NCBI RefSeq assembly: GCF_000143415.4
Contig: NW_003314266.1
Location: 518,463 to 582,462, forward strand
Source of the DNA: Selaginella moellendorffii
Taxonomy: Eukaryota; Plantae; Lycopodiophyta
DNA: 64,000 nucleotides
Reading direction: 5' to 3'
Shown: positions 11,674 to 23,887 of the stretch, one piece after another
Layout of the letters: every line of letters begins with the position of its first letter
How positions within the stretch are numbered: the stretch's first letter is position 1
The notes under the pieces: model-generated
Told to the model about the DNA's origin: nothing
Seen by the model: only the letters and a program-made list of their open reading frames with translations
Database searches by the model: none
Position numbers and translations under genes: made by a program

Positions 11674-12719
11674 TCACGATTGAGCTGCCGTGGTAGAGGT
11701 GTTAAGAGCTACGTCAACAAATTTCCCATTTTGCTTGGGCAACTCAATTCCACTCTCCAAATCCGGGGATTCACTCTCTTTGGCTTCCTTCTCGTCGGGC
11801 ACCTGCCACGTCAGCAAGTTACCAGGCTTGTAATATATGTAGTGGCAAAAGAGCTGGACGGCGCCTCCGGCTAGTCCAAGAACATTGGGAACCTGAATTG
11901 AGCAAACTTCGTGGTTAATTCCCTATAAATATTACTGCAAAATCTTACCAGTATGTAAATGTCGTGCTTCAAGAGTGCGTACACAAACCACAGGGCACTG
12001 TTGATGAAGACGGTCAAGCACAGGTAAAAAGGTAAGAACTCGACACTTTTGGTCTTGAAAATCCGGTACTGCAAGACAGAGGATTTGTGATTAGCGATGA
12101 TAACAAGGAAGGTTAAGGTTTTAATCCGCCAACTTACCATCACGGACAAAGGTGACCAATACATTGCGATGTTGAGGACGATGCAAAGAACTCCAAAGAT
12201 TGTAATCCTCGTGTCCTTGCTATGGATTCCGAGACTTATGCCAAAGCCCACGGCCGCCATGAGCGCCAAGCACGAAAACGTATAAAGGGATGTTCTTTTC
12301 TGCAAATTCAAAGGGGGCAAAGTTGGCAAAGAATCGATCACCCTTAAAACAAATCCTTACCAATGCCTTGGGCGATTTCCTCGCGTAGAACAAGAAAAGC
12401 AAGACGTAGATCACGTTGAGAACCGTCCCAAGCCCATTGATGGTGACGACCAGCATTGCGTTTTTGTTGATTGGCGAGCCATACAGAACCCAGAGAATAC
12501 AATTTAGGAGTGAAGCGATATAGGGCACCGATGAGAAGGATTCCGTGGATTTCTTCTTTGCAATCCTTATGAAAGTGAGTCTGCAATGGCAAAGCAAGAA
12601 TCAGATTGGGAAAAGAGGATCATAGCAAGAAAAAGAGTGAAAACATACATCGAAGACAAGAACATCAACGCTGCAACAACATTCCCAGCCACTCCAATAA
12701 TCGTTGCTGCGATCGCCAT
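11674..12719 (-). CDS. SWEET: SWEET (MtN3/saliva) sugar transporter, 5 exons
   Basis: GVAGNVVAALMFLSS/ILTFIRIAKKKSTESFSSVPY, WVLYG, VTINGLG, MYWSPLSVM, TKSVEFLPFYL, VPNVLG; stop TGA at 11674-11676. Confidence 0.93.
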
Positions 12720-13777
12720 CCTGCTCTAAATCCCGTAACCCAAAGCCTCAGTTTTATAAGATAGGCAATACCTTTTTTACTGGCAAAAAGGCTCCTTTTG
12801 GGTTCATAAAATCTTATCCATTCAATTTCTTATCATAGAAACTAATGCCAATTGTATTATTATAATACATGTTAATTATTTTAAGTATATCTTCTTCAAA
12901 CCAAGCATCTGACTCTTACTGTCATGGAACATAAAATCTACTAGTTTTATAACTTCCACCATAACTTATTATGTACCAATGTTTCAAACCCTCAGCTAAT
13001 CTGACTACAGTAGTACCAATCCCTTCAATAACCCAAGCCTAATAATACTTTTTTAGCCATCCATTCATTTACCAACAAAAAATTTATCAGCAGCCAGTTA
13101 ACCATTGACTTTTTATATGACTTTTAACCTTGGCCATCTGCATAAATTTAGTTCATGTCATTAATCTTTGGAGTTTAAATAACAAATCCCCCACTCCTAT
13201 TTAAATCATCTGGAACAAATTTTTCCTGTCATTGACAGAGATGGTTGTGCAAAGATAGCCAAATTTTTATGGTTATGTGAAGTTTAACAGTAATTCCTTT
13301 GATCTTACCCTGGTTCTTCTACACCAAGAGAAAGTATCTACGAACAGGCTGGATGACTGCTCAACTTGCAAGGCTATTTTAGCAATTCCCTTTCATTCCA
13401 GTGGGACCAAAGCACCAAAGTTCATGGTTTTTCCACGGGAAATCTTGTAGAAATGGAAGAAGACAACATTGAAATATCGTCATACTTGAGATTTTTCGGC
13501 CATACATATGGTTGGTATTGCAAGAGCTAGGAATCTCTTCTCTGGCTGTGCGATTAAATCTGGCTACAGTAGAGCAGTACGAGCAAAATCCCAACAAACA
13601 AGTTGTGAGCAAGTCGGTGTTCTTTGTATTTTCCTTCCTCGACATGTTTTCCATGCCTCGAAATGACTCGCAAGCCAATCAACGTTGGAAGAGCAAACGA
13701 TGAAAACATCAAACAATTGTACAATACGGACCAACATGGAAAAAAAATCAGTCTATCTGATCGCTACAAGTCACCTT

Positions 13778-13843
13778 CCACGTCAGCGGGTCCCGCTCCA
13801 CATCAGCTATGACTCGAAACAGCTCAGCATAATTGCCACGTGG
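13778..13843. promoter_or_regulatory. G-box/ABRE-like elements in the SWEET-ERD6L divergent intergenic region
   Basis: ccacgtca (13778-13785) and gccacgtgg (13835-13843); motif match only. Confidence 0.45.
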
Positions 13844-14078
13844 ATTTTGAGCACACACGGTCTTTTATACCGTGAATTGTGTTTGTGTGTGTGCTCCTTT
13901 TTCTTCCCCTGCCCCCCATGCGTGTAGCCTCTCTAGGGTTTCCCCGTTCTTGTGTGCCACTGGAGTGGAATCGCGGCACGCGGCGAATCTTCCGGCATTT
14001 CCAAGGCTGTAAGATTATTTAACAGCGCCTAGAATCGCGAGCGCGAGCTGGAAATCTTGCGAATCCGGGGCTACATTC

Positions 14079-16372
14079 ATGGGCGTGGATTTGGAAGTGG
14101 GGAGGAATGGCGAGCGGCAGCCTCTGCTGGCCGGGAAGAGCAGCAAGAGCGCTGGTAGCAGCAGCCGGGGCAAGAGACGGGAGAAGCGAGTGAGGGGAAG
14201 TGTTCTCTACACGGTGTTTTGCACCATCGTCGTGGCTCTGGGGCCGATCACGTTTGGTTTCTCGGTAAGCTCGCTTTCCCTTCTTCGTGAATTTCTAATT
14301 TTGAGAAAGATATATCTAACTGTTCGTTGTTTGCTACTTTTTCCCTCTTTCCTTTTGTAGGTCGGCTATTCATCTCCCACGCAGCAAAAATTGACCGAGG
14401 ATTTGGGGCTTAGTCTCTCCGAGGTACTGAGAGAACTGTGAAATCTTGTCTAGAAATTCTGCTAACTTGTTTTTGTAGTTCTCCATGTATGGTTCTCTGG
14501 TAAATGCCGGTGCCATGGCTGGAGCTATTCTCAGTGGCCGTATAGCTGATCGCTTTGGACGGAAAGGGGTAAGCAGGCCAAACGCGAAACAAAAAGTTCT
14601 CATTCTTTTGCTCTTTTTATCAGGCACTTGTAATTGCTTCGATTCCACACATTGCTGGATGGATCTTAAACGCCCTGGCCATGGTAAGTAGCTTCTCGCT
14701 GTCAATTCAGCATCACGAAGTTTCCTTTTTGTTCCAGAATGTCGCCAGCCTGTACATAGCAAGATTGCTCGTCGGGTTTGGAGTCGGTGTTATTTCTTTC
14801 ACTGTAAGTGCGTCAATGTTCGATTTCTCTTATTTAATTTGGAAATTCAGGTACCAATGTACATTGCTGAGATTTCTCCCAAGAATTTGAGAGGAAGCCT
14901 GGGTGCTATAAATCAGGTGAGTCCTTCAAAGTATAACTCACCGTACTGATCTTGTATTTTTCGTTTTGTAGCTTTCGGTTACCACTGGAATCTTCTTGTC
15001 GTACTTAGGAGGTCTTGTTTTGCCCTGGAGAACTCTTGCTTTAGTTGGTATGCCACGCGCCGTGTTTGCTTTTGAGCACTCTCTAATGCCTGCCTTTTGT
15101 TGATCAGGGGTTGCTCCGTGTAGCGTTCTCCTCGTGGGCCTTTTCTTTATTCCAGAATCTCCTCGGTGGCTGGTCAGTCTCTCGCCAACCTTTTCTTTTT
15201 CCCTGGTTGACTTACTCGTTGGTTGCTTGTGAAGGCCAAAATGGGGATTGAAGACACTCTTATCACGTCACTGCAAGCATTGCGTGGAAAGGACTCCGAT
15301 ATTTCTTCAGAAGTATCGGAAATCAAGGTAATTCCTTTTGGTTTTTTGTTAGATTTCCACGCTGACACATTGCTTTTGCAAATAGGACGCCGTCGATATA
15401 TCGTATAAGCAAGAGGCTAATGTAAGGATGTCTGACCTTTGCAAGAAGACGATTTTCCTTCCCCTTACTGTAAGTCAATGTAGTGTTTACGCTTGCATGT
15501 TCTATCTAACACGGCTCTGCTCTTGCATGACTGAAGATCACAATCGGGTTGCTATTGTTGCAACAAATTTCGGGCATCAATGCTATTTTGTTCTATTCTA
15601 GTGCCATATTCCACTCTGCGGGTATGATCGTATTGATGTGCTATGCTTATTTATTAAGCTCTTTCTTTTGTACAGGATTCAGCTCAAGCAATCTTGCGTC
15701 GCTCTCGTTGGCTCTCCTTCAGGTAAATATCCATATATCAAGCCATCACCATATCATAACACACTGTTCTTGCAGGTGGTAATGACCGGCGTGGCTGCTG
15801 TGCTCATGGACAGAGCCGGACGACGCCTCCTTCTCATGGTCTCGGGCGCTGGAATGGCAGTGAGCTGCTTTCTAGTCGGATTTGCATTCTATCTGCAACA
15901 GCATATGGACGCGACTTCTCACTTTGCACCCTTTGTCGGCAACCTCGCGTTGATCAGTCTATTGGTAAGTCTCTAAAAAAAAAACTAGTTTCTCCCGTGA
16001 ACTAACATAGGCGTGCTCACAATCTAGGTGTACATAACCTCCTTCGCTCTTGGAATGGGGCCTATTCCCTGGATCATAATGTCCGAGGTTCTTCCCTCAC
16101 ACATCAAAGGCTTGGGTGGAAGCGTTGCGACGTTGGTGAACTGGACTTTCTCGTGGCTTGTGACTATGTCCTTTAATTTCTTACTCAACTGGAGCTCCAC
16201 AGGTAAAACAAGCTTTCTCCAGAGATATGGAACTAATGCTCTCTTTTTCTCTCCAGGTTCTTTCGCTCTCTTCGCTGGAATGTGCGCGTTCACTGTCCTG
16301 TTCGTGGCTGTTCTAGTCCCTGAAACTCGGGGAAGAACACTGGAAGAGATCGAAGCTCTCTTCCAGGAGTAG
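14079..16372 (+). CDS. ERD6-like MFS monosaccharide transporter, many short introns
   Basis: [85 protein letters not shown]; N-terminal ERQPLL dileucine signal. Confidence 0.93.
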
Positions 16373-16714
16373 CAAGGCTCTCGTTCGCGCTTTCATTTCC
16401 ACCATTCCATACACCAGGGGGATTCGCTATATTCATTACCATAGAGGTGTTCGGCTCGATTTTTTTGTCCCCTCGCCAAAAAGCGTAAATGTTTGTAAAA
16501 CTTGTGTAAAGAGAAAAAGGTTTGATCTCGAGCTTTCTAGCAAAAACGAATAAAATGCGATTTCCATGAAAAAGTATAAGTAGTGTGGGAACTGAAGAAA
16601 AAAAAATCCAAGCTTTCTCATGATCCGCTACGAATAAATGCGAGTTTCATGAAAAATTATAAGTAGTGAGCATTTGGAAGCTCCAAAGAATAGAAAAATC
16701 CACATGACTAGAAC

Positions 16715-19465
16715 TTATCTTCCTTGAGGATTGACGAGCTGGGAGAAGACCGCGCTGGCGGAGGCGTCCTCCGAGTAGCCATCGTAGTAATCGTCAGTAA
16801 CTTCGCTCGCGGTTCGCTGGCTCTCGTTAGAAGCTTGCCCAGGCGCTTGACGAGCGCTGATTGGAACACTAGAAGTAGCACCACCATTCTCCACCGCCCC
16901 AGCCGCCGGCGCCGCTACTCCACCGCCAGCATCGCCACCAGCACCACCATTCTCGCGTCCAAATCTCCTCTGCGCGGCCTCCTGGATGTGCAGCGCCGAC
17001 TCGAGGTTCCACAGCACATCGCCCATGCTCGGCCTCTGGACGCCATTCTCTTGCAAGCACTTGTCCGCGGTCTCGCCAACTTTCCTCACCGACGCCATGT
17101 CCGCGTCCTCGTCGCTCCCGGGCCTCCGCAGCGTCGGGTCCAGTATCTCCTCCAGCCTCCCGCTGCGCTGCGCGCTCATCGCCCACTCGGCGATGTTAAC
17201 TTGCTCTCTCGGCAGCGCCGGATCGATGGCGGGACGCGCGCACATCACCTCCACCATCACCACTCCAAAGCTGTACACGTCCGACTTGTCCGTGAGCTGC
17301 TGCCGCCGGAAGTACTCCGGATCCAGGTACCCGAAGCTCCCCTTCACGGCCGTGGAGACGTGCGTTTGATCCAGCATCGGCCCCGTCTTGGACAGCCCAA
17401 AGTCGGACACTTTCGCCACCAGCTGCTCGTCTAGAAGGATGTTGGTGGTCTTCACGTCCCGGTGGATGATCGCGGCTCCGGTGTGGAGGTAGTGCAATCC
17501 CCGCGCCGCCCCGACCAGGATCTCCAGCCGGTGCCGCCAGGAAAGCGGCTGGAGATCCTCCGTGCCGTAGAGATGGCCGCGGAGAGGCCCCCGGGCCATG
17601 TACTCGTAGACCAGGATCATCTCCGACTGCTCGTCGCAGTAGCCGATGAGAGAGACAAGGTGGCGGTGGCGGAGCTTGGACAGGAGCCCGATCTCCGCCT
17701 GGAACTCGGCTATGCCTTGCTCCGACCTCGGGTTGCCGCGCTTCACCGCCACCTCCAGCGTGCCATTGTCGATCTCGCCCTTGTAGACGCGACCGAATCC
17801 TCCCACGCCGAGGAGCCTTGCCTCGTCGAAGCTGTTCGTGGCCTCGGCGATCTCCTGGAGCGTGAAGTAGCGGCCGTGGCCTCCGGCGCTGGCAGCCGAG
17901 CCGGCATTGTAGTAACTCCCGGCGGCACTCCTGGGCGAGCCGGCTCCCATCGTGGAGCCGAGCGTGGTGAGTGAGAAAGCATGGTGGTGGTGGTGGGGGT
18001 GGCCGTTTCCCAGAGCTTGCCAGGACGAAGCGCTCGGCTTCTTCCCGCCACCTTTGCAGCAGCGGAAGAAGAAACCAATCGCGAGCGCGATCGCCACCAG
18101 CGCGAACACCCCGCCAGCGACGCAGCCGATTATCACACCGAGGTGGTGGCCGCCGTTACCGCCACTGTCCGAGCTCCGCGGCACCACAGCCAGCCCATCC
18201 ACGCTCCCGGACGAGTCGTTGAGCCGGAAGATCTCCACGCCGTTTAGAATCGCGTCCTGGACCTGGCTGTTCGATCCGGTGAGAGGCCCAACTTGGAGCC
18301 GGAGGTTGGCGAGCCCGTCCACTGGAAGAACCAGGAAATCTCGGTAGTAGGGAGTGTTGGCGGCGCCGGTTTGCTGGATCAAATCTAGAGCTCGGATGGC
18401 TGTCCGGTTGTTGATGTAAACGCTGAAGATCCTTTGCATTGGAGAGCTGTAGACGAGCTCCGCGAAGTGGAGGCGGACGTAGTGGGCATAGCCGGGCGCG
18501 ACCGAGAACGCCCACGAGATGTTAAACGCGTTTGTGACGGTGTTGGAGCCGCCCAGGGACCGCGCGGTACCGTAGACGCCGCGCGGCGCAATGTACTCGG
18601 GCACCGTGGCCGGGTAGACGATGTCCGGTACCGCCGGCGGCACGGGCACCCCTCGCGCGACTCCTTGGAGGAAGGGCTCGTCCGGCAGCCACGTCCGGGC
18701 CTGGGAGGAGGAATCGTTGCCCGGGGCGATGAGGTCCCCGCCCACATTGAGGCGGTAGAGCGTGCGCGCCAGGATCCCGGCGATCTCCACTTGCCGGCTC
18801 TCGCTGGCCTCGGGCGAGATCTCCACGACGCTGGGCGACAGCGCGTCGCGCGCCATGGAGATGAGCTCGATGCCGCTGACGAAGGCGATGAAGGAGGCGC
18901 TGGGGGTGAGCGTGACGGCGACGGCGGTGCCGCTGGTGTGGATCGTGAACTCCCTCACCACCGGGCTCGATCCATTGCCGGCGGCAATGTCTTCCGCGAT
19001 GCTGGAGTTCGCGATGAGCAGCCGCGATCCAATCGCGACCGAGAAGCGCGCGCGCGAGGAGGCGTCCGCGAGAGGGGCGAAGTGGAGGCGGACCCAATGC
19101 CGTCCCGGGCTGATGGAGAAGCTATAGCTTGCCGGGCTGGTGAATACCCGTGCCGCGCGGTATGGGACGGAGGTACCGCTCGTACCGCGCGTACTGTTGG
19201 TCGGCGTGCCGCCGGCAACAAGCCTGGGATTCTCGGCATCGGGCGTCCATTCCAGGCCATTGCCATCGATGGCGCTGCGCGATTCCCCACAGCTGATCCT
19301 AAACACATCCTGTGGCTTCCACTGCGCGCTGGATCGGCCCAAGAGCGCGAGGAAGGAGGCGAGAACGATGAAGAAGAAGAGGGGATGATCTGGGCGAGAA
19401 ATTGGGCGATTCCCTCGATCAATTCTCATCTGGGCGGCTAGAATTCGCATACCTGTGACCCGCAT
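16715..19465 (-). CDS. CrRLK1L receptor kinase (malectin-like ectodomain; THESEUS1/HERK-like), intronless
   Basis: RISCG, RLHF twice, YRLNVGG, RTWLPD, DAILNGVEI, a TM segment, GVGGFGRVYKG, HRDVKTTN, HVSTAVKGSFGYLDPEYFRRQQLTDKSDVYS, C-terminal VFSQLVNPQGR. Confidence 0.95.
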   Translation of the reverse strand: MRVTGMRILAAQMRIDRGNRPISRPDHPLFFFIVLASFLALLGRSSAQWKPQDVFRISCGESRSAIDGNGLEWTPDAENPRLVAGGTPTNSTRGTSGTSVPYRAARVFTSPASYSFSISPGRHWVRLHFAPLADASSRARFSVAIGSRLLIANSSIAEDIAAGNGSSPVVREFTIHTSGTAVAVTLTPSASFIAFVSGIELISMARDALSPSVVEISPEASESRQVEIAGILARTLYRLNVGGDLIAPGNDSSSQARTWLPDEPFLQGVARGVPVPPAVPDIVYPATVPEYIAPRGVYGTARSLGGSNTVTNAFNISWAFSVAPGYAHYVRLHFAELVYSSPMQRIFSVYINNRTAIRALDLIQQTGAANTPYYRDFLVLPVDGLANLRLQVGPLTGSNSQVQDAILNGVEIFRLNDSSGSVDGLAVVPRSSDSGGNGGHHLGVIIGCVAGGVFALVAIALAIGFFFRCCKGGGKKPSASSWQALGNGHPHHHHHAFSLTTLGSTMGAGSPRSAAGSYYNAGSAASAGGHGRYFTLQEIAEATNSFDEARLLGVGGFGRVYKGEIDNGTLEVAVKRGNPRSEQGIAEFQAEIGLLSKLRHRHLVSLIGYCDEQSEMILVYEYMARGPLRGHLYGTEDLQPLSWRHRLEILVGAARGLHYLHTGAAIIHRDVKTTNILLDEQLVAKVSDFGLSKTGPMLDQTHVSTAVKGSFGYLDPEYFRRQQLTDKSDVYSFGVVMVEVMCARPAIDPALPREQVNIAEWAMSAQRSGRLEEILDPTLRRPGSDEDADMASVRKVGETADKCLQENGVQRPSMGDVLWNLESALHIQEAAQRRFGRENGGAGGDAGGGVAAPAAGAVENGGATSSVPISARQAPGQASNESQRTASEVTDDYYDGYSEDASASAVFSQLVNPQGR

Positions 19466-19750
19466 TGCCGCGACTTGGAGCTCAGATCATGGGAGGAGCC
19501 GCGCTCGATCTGATCGAAGTGGAACCCTATAGTGTTTGTTTTTCTTTTCCTCTCTTCTTTCCGAATCGTGCGAGAAGGGCTCGCCGCATTGGGCGGTGGT
19601 TTTGGCTGGATCCAGTTCACTCCACTGGCAGTACCAAGCGCGTCCCCATTAGATCTAAGCAAAACAGAGACAAATTAAAGGTTCTTTTTCTTTTAGGGTT
19701 CTTCGCGAATTTAGGGTTCCTCCCTCTGTTTCTAGGGTTTGTGGATCTTC

Positions 19751-20761
19751 TCACTTGCTGGTGACCGCGGCGCCATCGCTCAGGGACAAATGTGGCTGCT
19801 GCTGCTTGCCCAGGTGCTGTTGCTGATCGATCAGGGCCGGGAATGGCGCGGCCAGGAATTGAAAGGAATCGAGGCCCGGGGGTGGATGGTGCCATTGCGG
19901 AAGAGGCCCCGCCAGGAGGAGCGTGTGGAGCAGTGGGCCGGCGTTCATCACCGCCTGGAGCAGCTTGCCGCGCTCGGGGAGATTTCGCAGCATTAGGTTG
20001 AGATTCATCTCGGTGGTCGCGTGATCTTCCACGGCGGCGGCGGTGGGATCCTCGAATTTCCTGGCCGAGGGATCGAAGTCTCTCACTGCCCTGGCGTAGT
20101 CGCTGTGCTGCTGGAGGGGCGTGAGGATGGAAGCGAGCGCCGAGCCATTGTTTTGGAGCGAGGAGCTTAGAATGGTGGTGGTGGCCGGGGAGAAGAGACT
20201 TGGAGGGAGATGGGGTGGAGGAGGATCGAATGGGCTTTGTTGCTGGAAGTGGTGGTGATTCTCGGCATTGGAGTCCACCATCGCGGCAGACGCTGCCACC
20301 AAGGGCTCCACGCTATACAGCGAGAATCCACCATCGCCACCACGATCATCGTCCACTTGCGCAGCTCCTCCTCCTCCAAGCAAAGTGGCTTGATCCTCGC
20401 GGCTGTTCTCGAAGCTAGGGAAATCAAACCACTCGGCGGACTGATCGTGGTGATCGTTGAAGCTGCTGTGGTGATCCAGGGGGCTGTCAGCGATGAAGGA
20501 AGCGGCGGCGGCGAGGCTGCAGCTCGAGATGCTGGAGCTACACACCACCACATTGCTTTGGAGCTCCATGAATCTCTGGATGGCTTCGTCGCGCTCCCGG
20601 CGCGCGATCACCAAGAGCTCCTCCAGCTGCGCCACCTTAGCTTTGTGGACCGCCGCCTGGGCCTTGGCCGCTGACCGCGTCGACTCCAGCTCCAGCTTCG
20701 CCGCCATGATCATGCTCCTCAGCTCCTCGACGCTCTGGATGGGTTTTGCGATTCGTTCCAT
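19751..20761 (-). CDS. DUF1635-family plant protein
   Basis: N-terminal coiled coil (ERDEA) and C-terminal LPERGKLLQAVMNAGPLLHTLLLAGPLPQWHHPPP; first ATG at 20761. Confidence 0.85.
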   Translation of the reverse strand: MERIAKPIQSVEELRSMIMAAKLELESTRSAAKAQAAVHKAKVAQLEELLVIARRERDEAIQRFMELQSNVVVCSSSISSCSLAAAASFIADSPLDHHSSFNDHHDQSAEWFDFPSFENSREDQATLLGGGGAAQVDDDRGGDGGFSLYSVEPLVAASAAMVDSNAENHHHFQQQSPFDPPPPHLPPSLFSPATTTILSSSLQNNGSALASILTPLQQHSDYARAVRDFDPSARKFEDPTAAAVEDHATTEMNLNLMLRNLPERGKLLQAVMNAGPLLHTLLLAGPLPQWHHPPPGLDSFQFLAAPFPALIDQQQHLGKQQQPHLSLSDGAAVTSK

Positions 20762-21046
20762 CGCCAAAGAAGGATCACGATCACGTAAGAACACACTCGA
20801 GCAGCGATCGATCGACCAACCTGGTTGGAGCGGCCGTTTGGCGAAGAGCTCCCAATGCTTCCATCCATGGATGAAACGCTAGCTTCCATCTCTCATCGCT
20901 CCTCCCTCATGCTTGAAAGGAAGATGGGTTTCCAATTGTGGAAGACCAACGGCTTTAAAAGCGAAGACCGCATTTAAATCGCTACTCCTACTATTTGGTA
21001 AGCAAATTAAAGCCAGTTTACCACTAATTCACGCACCAACCGTCCG

Positions 21047-21075
21047 GGTCAACTCTAAAGTCAACAATTTTGACT
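21047..21075. promoter_or_regulatory. Three W-box cores (TTGACY) within 29 bp
   Basis: ggtcaa 21047, agtcaa 21059, ttgact 21070; retained in unit 2 (~35834-35863). Confidence 0.45.
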
Positions 21076-21178
21076 TTTAAACATTGTCTGTTGATGCGTA
21101 GAATATTCTTATATTATATTGTTGGTCAAATAACGCTTAGACAACGAGGTACTTCTTTTGAGTTCTATTGGATGGTAT

Positions 21179-21900
21179 ATCGTAGCAAAGCAAAGGAAGA
21201 AATAAAACCTTGGGCAGTCTTTCGTTCCCTAAGATTCCTGGTGAGTTTCATAGGGCCGTGCGATCTCAGTCACGAAGTTCCAGTATTGGATATATCCATC
21301 TTGGAGACCATCGATTCAAGAAAGAGCTTTCCAAGCCCTCGGGGAAAGCTGGGGATTCTTCCTGTTGCTAGGACATGGAATTCGGATGAGGTCGGTTTTG
21401 CGACCAGCTTCGAGGCGTCCAAGAGGCAGCCAGGGGCAGCCTCGCAGGTCCACACCTCACCTTGCGATCCAAGCAAGCTTCCGGCAAATCTGGCGCGCGA
21501 CAGAGACGTCTCCACGAGTTATGGAGCGGAGGTCACCGCTCTGTCCAGGCGGCTGCTGGAGCTCTTCTCGGAATCGCTGGGACTTGGAGCGAGTGAGCTA
21601 GTTCACATGAGGCTGAATCACTGTCCTCCCTGCCCGGAACCATAGGAATGAAGCCTCACTCGGACATAAACGCCTTCGCGATCTTGGGAGGGCCTCCAAT
21701 TTCTCTCTTTTGTTTGGATTCTATTGATTGAGTTTTCTTCTCGATCGATCACGCGTTAGATCTCTCCAATGGCGAGGAGTGGTCAATCCCGAAAGAGATC
21801 GAGTTTCCATCGTTTGCTTCTATAGTCCCGGTCTGGGTGCTCGCATTGGGCCCGTAGCTTGATGCCCTTTGTACGGAGAACATACCAAAAGCCTTCAAGC
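21179..21900 (+). pseudogene. 2OG-Fe(II) dioxygenase pseudogene (deleted copy)
   Basis: Collinear with 22189-23255 but start codon lost (TTG) and many deletions and frameshifts. Confidence 0.9.
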
Positions 21901-22188
21901 GGGAATTTGGTTTAATAAAGAAGAAATGATAATATTTTTGTTTGCTTGTTTATTATTTGAATAGATAAAGAAGCTGATGGCAAGCTTTTCAACTCTAAAG
22001 TCAACAAATCTGTCTTTCTAGCGCATTTATCTGTTTGCGCATAGGATTTTTGGAAATTAAAACATTGCCTACTATTAGATGCGTGTCAAATCTAAGGAGT
22101 GACCAATACATGTCTTGGTCATTTGATCGCGAGGCATTCTCCTTAAGTTCGCGTTCTTTTAGATCGTAGCAAAGGGGAAAAAAGAATC

Positions 22189-23255
22189 ATGGGCAGTCTT
22201 TCGTTCTTCAAGATTCCTGGTGAGTTTCACAGGGCTCCGGATCCACACCCATGGAAAGATCTCGATCACGAAGTTCCAGTGGTGGACATATCCAGCTTGG
22301 AGGATACCGACTCAAGGGAGGGAGCACTCCAAGCTCTCCGGGACGCCTGTGAGAGCTGGGGATTCTTCCAGTTGCTAGGACATGGAATTCCCCGCGAGCT
22401 CAGCGACAAGATGATGGAGGTGGCCTACAAGTTCTTCGATCTTCCCGCCCAAGACAAGCTCGTCTACTGCTCGGACAATGTCTTGGACGATGTCGGTTTT
22501 GCGACCAACTTCGAGGTGTCCAAGAGTCGGCGGCCAAGCGCAACCTGGCAGGAGTTTTTCTTCCAGATGTGCTCCCCACCTTGCGATCCAAGCAAGCTTC
22601 CAGAAAATCCCGCGCGCTACCTAAACGTCTCCACGAGTTATGGAGCGGAGGTCACCGCTCTGGCCAGGCGGCTGCTGGAGCTCTTCTCGGAATCTCTGGG
22701 GCTTGAAGCGAGCGAGCTCGCCGGGAGATTCGAAGGCGAGCTCATGTCCATGAGGCTGAATCACTATCCTCCCTGCCCGGAGCCACAGCTCACCATTGGA
22801 ATCCAGCCTCACTCGGACATAAACGCCTTCACGATCTTGCAGCAGGACGTAGAGGGCCTTCAAGTCCTTCACGATGGAGCGTGGGTGACTCTCAAGCCTT
22901 TGCCCGGAGCTCTCGTGGTCAACGTTGGAGACCAGCTCCAGGTATGCTCTTTCTTTCTTAGATTCTCTACATTGAGTGAGTTTCTTCTCGATTGATCGCA
23001 TGCTAGATTCTCTCCAACGATAAGTTCAAGAGCGTGGAGCATCGAGGAGTGGTCAATGGCGAAAGAGCTCGAGTCTCCATCGCCTGCTTCTATAGCCCCG
23101 GTCTGGGTGCTCGCATTGGGCCCATCCCGGGGCTTGTCAACGAGGAATGCCCCGCGAAATACAAAGAAAGTTTGTATGGAGAATATGCCAAAGCCTCTCT
23201 TAGCATGGAGCTCAATAGGAAGAGCGCTCTGTCCACTCTCAAAGTTGACGTATGA
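22189..23255 (+). CDS. 2-oxoglutarate/Fe(II) dioxygenase (DOXC), exons 22189-22941 and 23007-23255
   Basis: VPVVDIS, ACESWGFFQLLGHGI, RLNHYPPCPEP, HSD..H iron triad (PHSD, VEHR), RVS 2OG-binding motif. Confidence 0.95.
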
Positions 23256-23482
23256 AAAGGTAATTTTGTTTTCGAACAAAAAGAGAATCTTAAGCTTTAG
23301 AAAAAGCAAATCCAAAGGTTTAATAAGACCATCATTCTCAATACATAACACTTCTGTAATGTTTGAGATAAATGGTGCCTCAGGGGAGATCATAGTAGTC
23401 GCCTGTACCACACAAGCACCAGCTTGCAAGAACTTTCATCATGTTTTGTCACAAAAAGAGATTATTTTGAGAGGTTTACTCC

Positions 23483-23758
23483 ATGCTTGTTCTTGCCTCT
23501 GTGGTGCTTGCTATGATCCAATGCCAGGCCGCCGCACCACAACGCAACCATGTAACGCTCAACACCACTCCGTTTCTTGGCACTGCCTCCACGTTCTTCT
23601 GCCCGTGCCACCGCTTCTACTGTTACAGCTCTTCGTTATTTCATCTCCCTGGAACAATGCCGCTTGCTCTTGCCACACTTCACTGGGATTGCAGGACCAA
23701 AAGCCCGAGCTGCCAAGCACTCTTTTCAACCTCTGGAATAAACACTGGTGATCAGTAG
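23483..23758 (+). pseudogene. Possible decayed small secreted Cys-containing peptide gene
   Basis: Signal-like MLVLASVVLAMIQCQA; unit 2 copy (38110-38367) has different indels and frame. Confidence 0.3.
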
Positions 23759-23887
23759 TAGCAAGGTGCCTTGTTTCAGAGCGCAGAGATCTGGAAACGT
23801 AGTACTTTCCATTAGTTTGAGCATGCGGGAGTTCTCTAACCAAGAAACGTGTTTATGCTTACTTGCGAAGGCACAGAGGAGCACAGA

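Noticed and set aside
16546-16670. ~41-bp direct repeat between convergent genes
   Set aside because: Ordinary local duplication with two copies; not CRISPR-like.
16724-19441. Long antisense and alternate-frame ORFs over the CrRLK1L gene (for example 335 aa at 18434-19441)
   Set aside because: Shadow ORFs of GC-rich coding sequence with no recognisable motifs.
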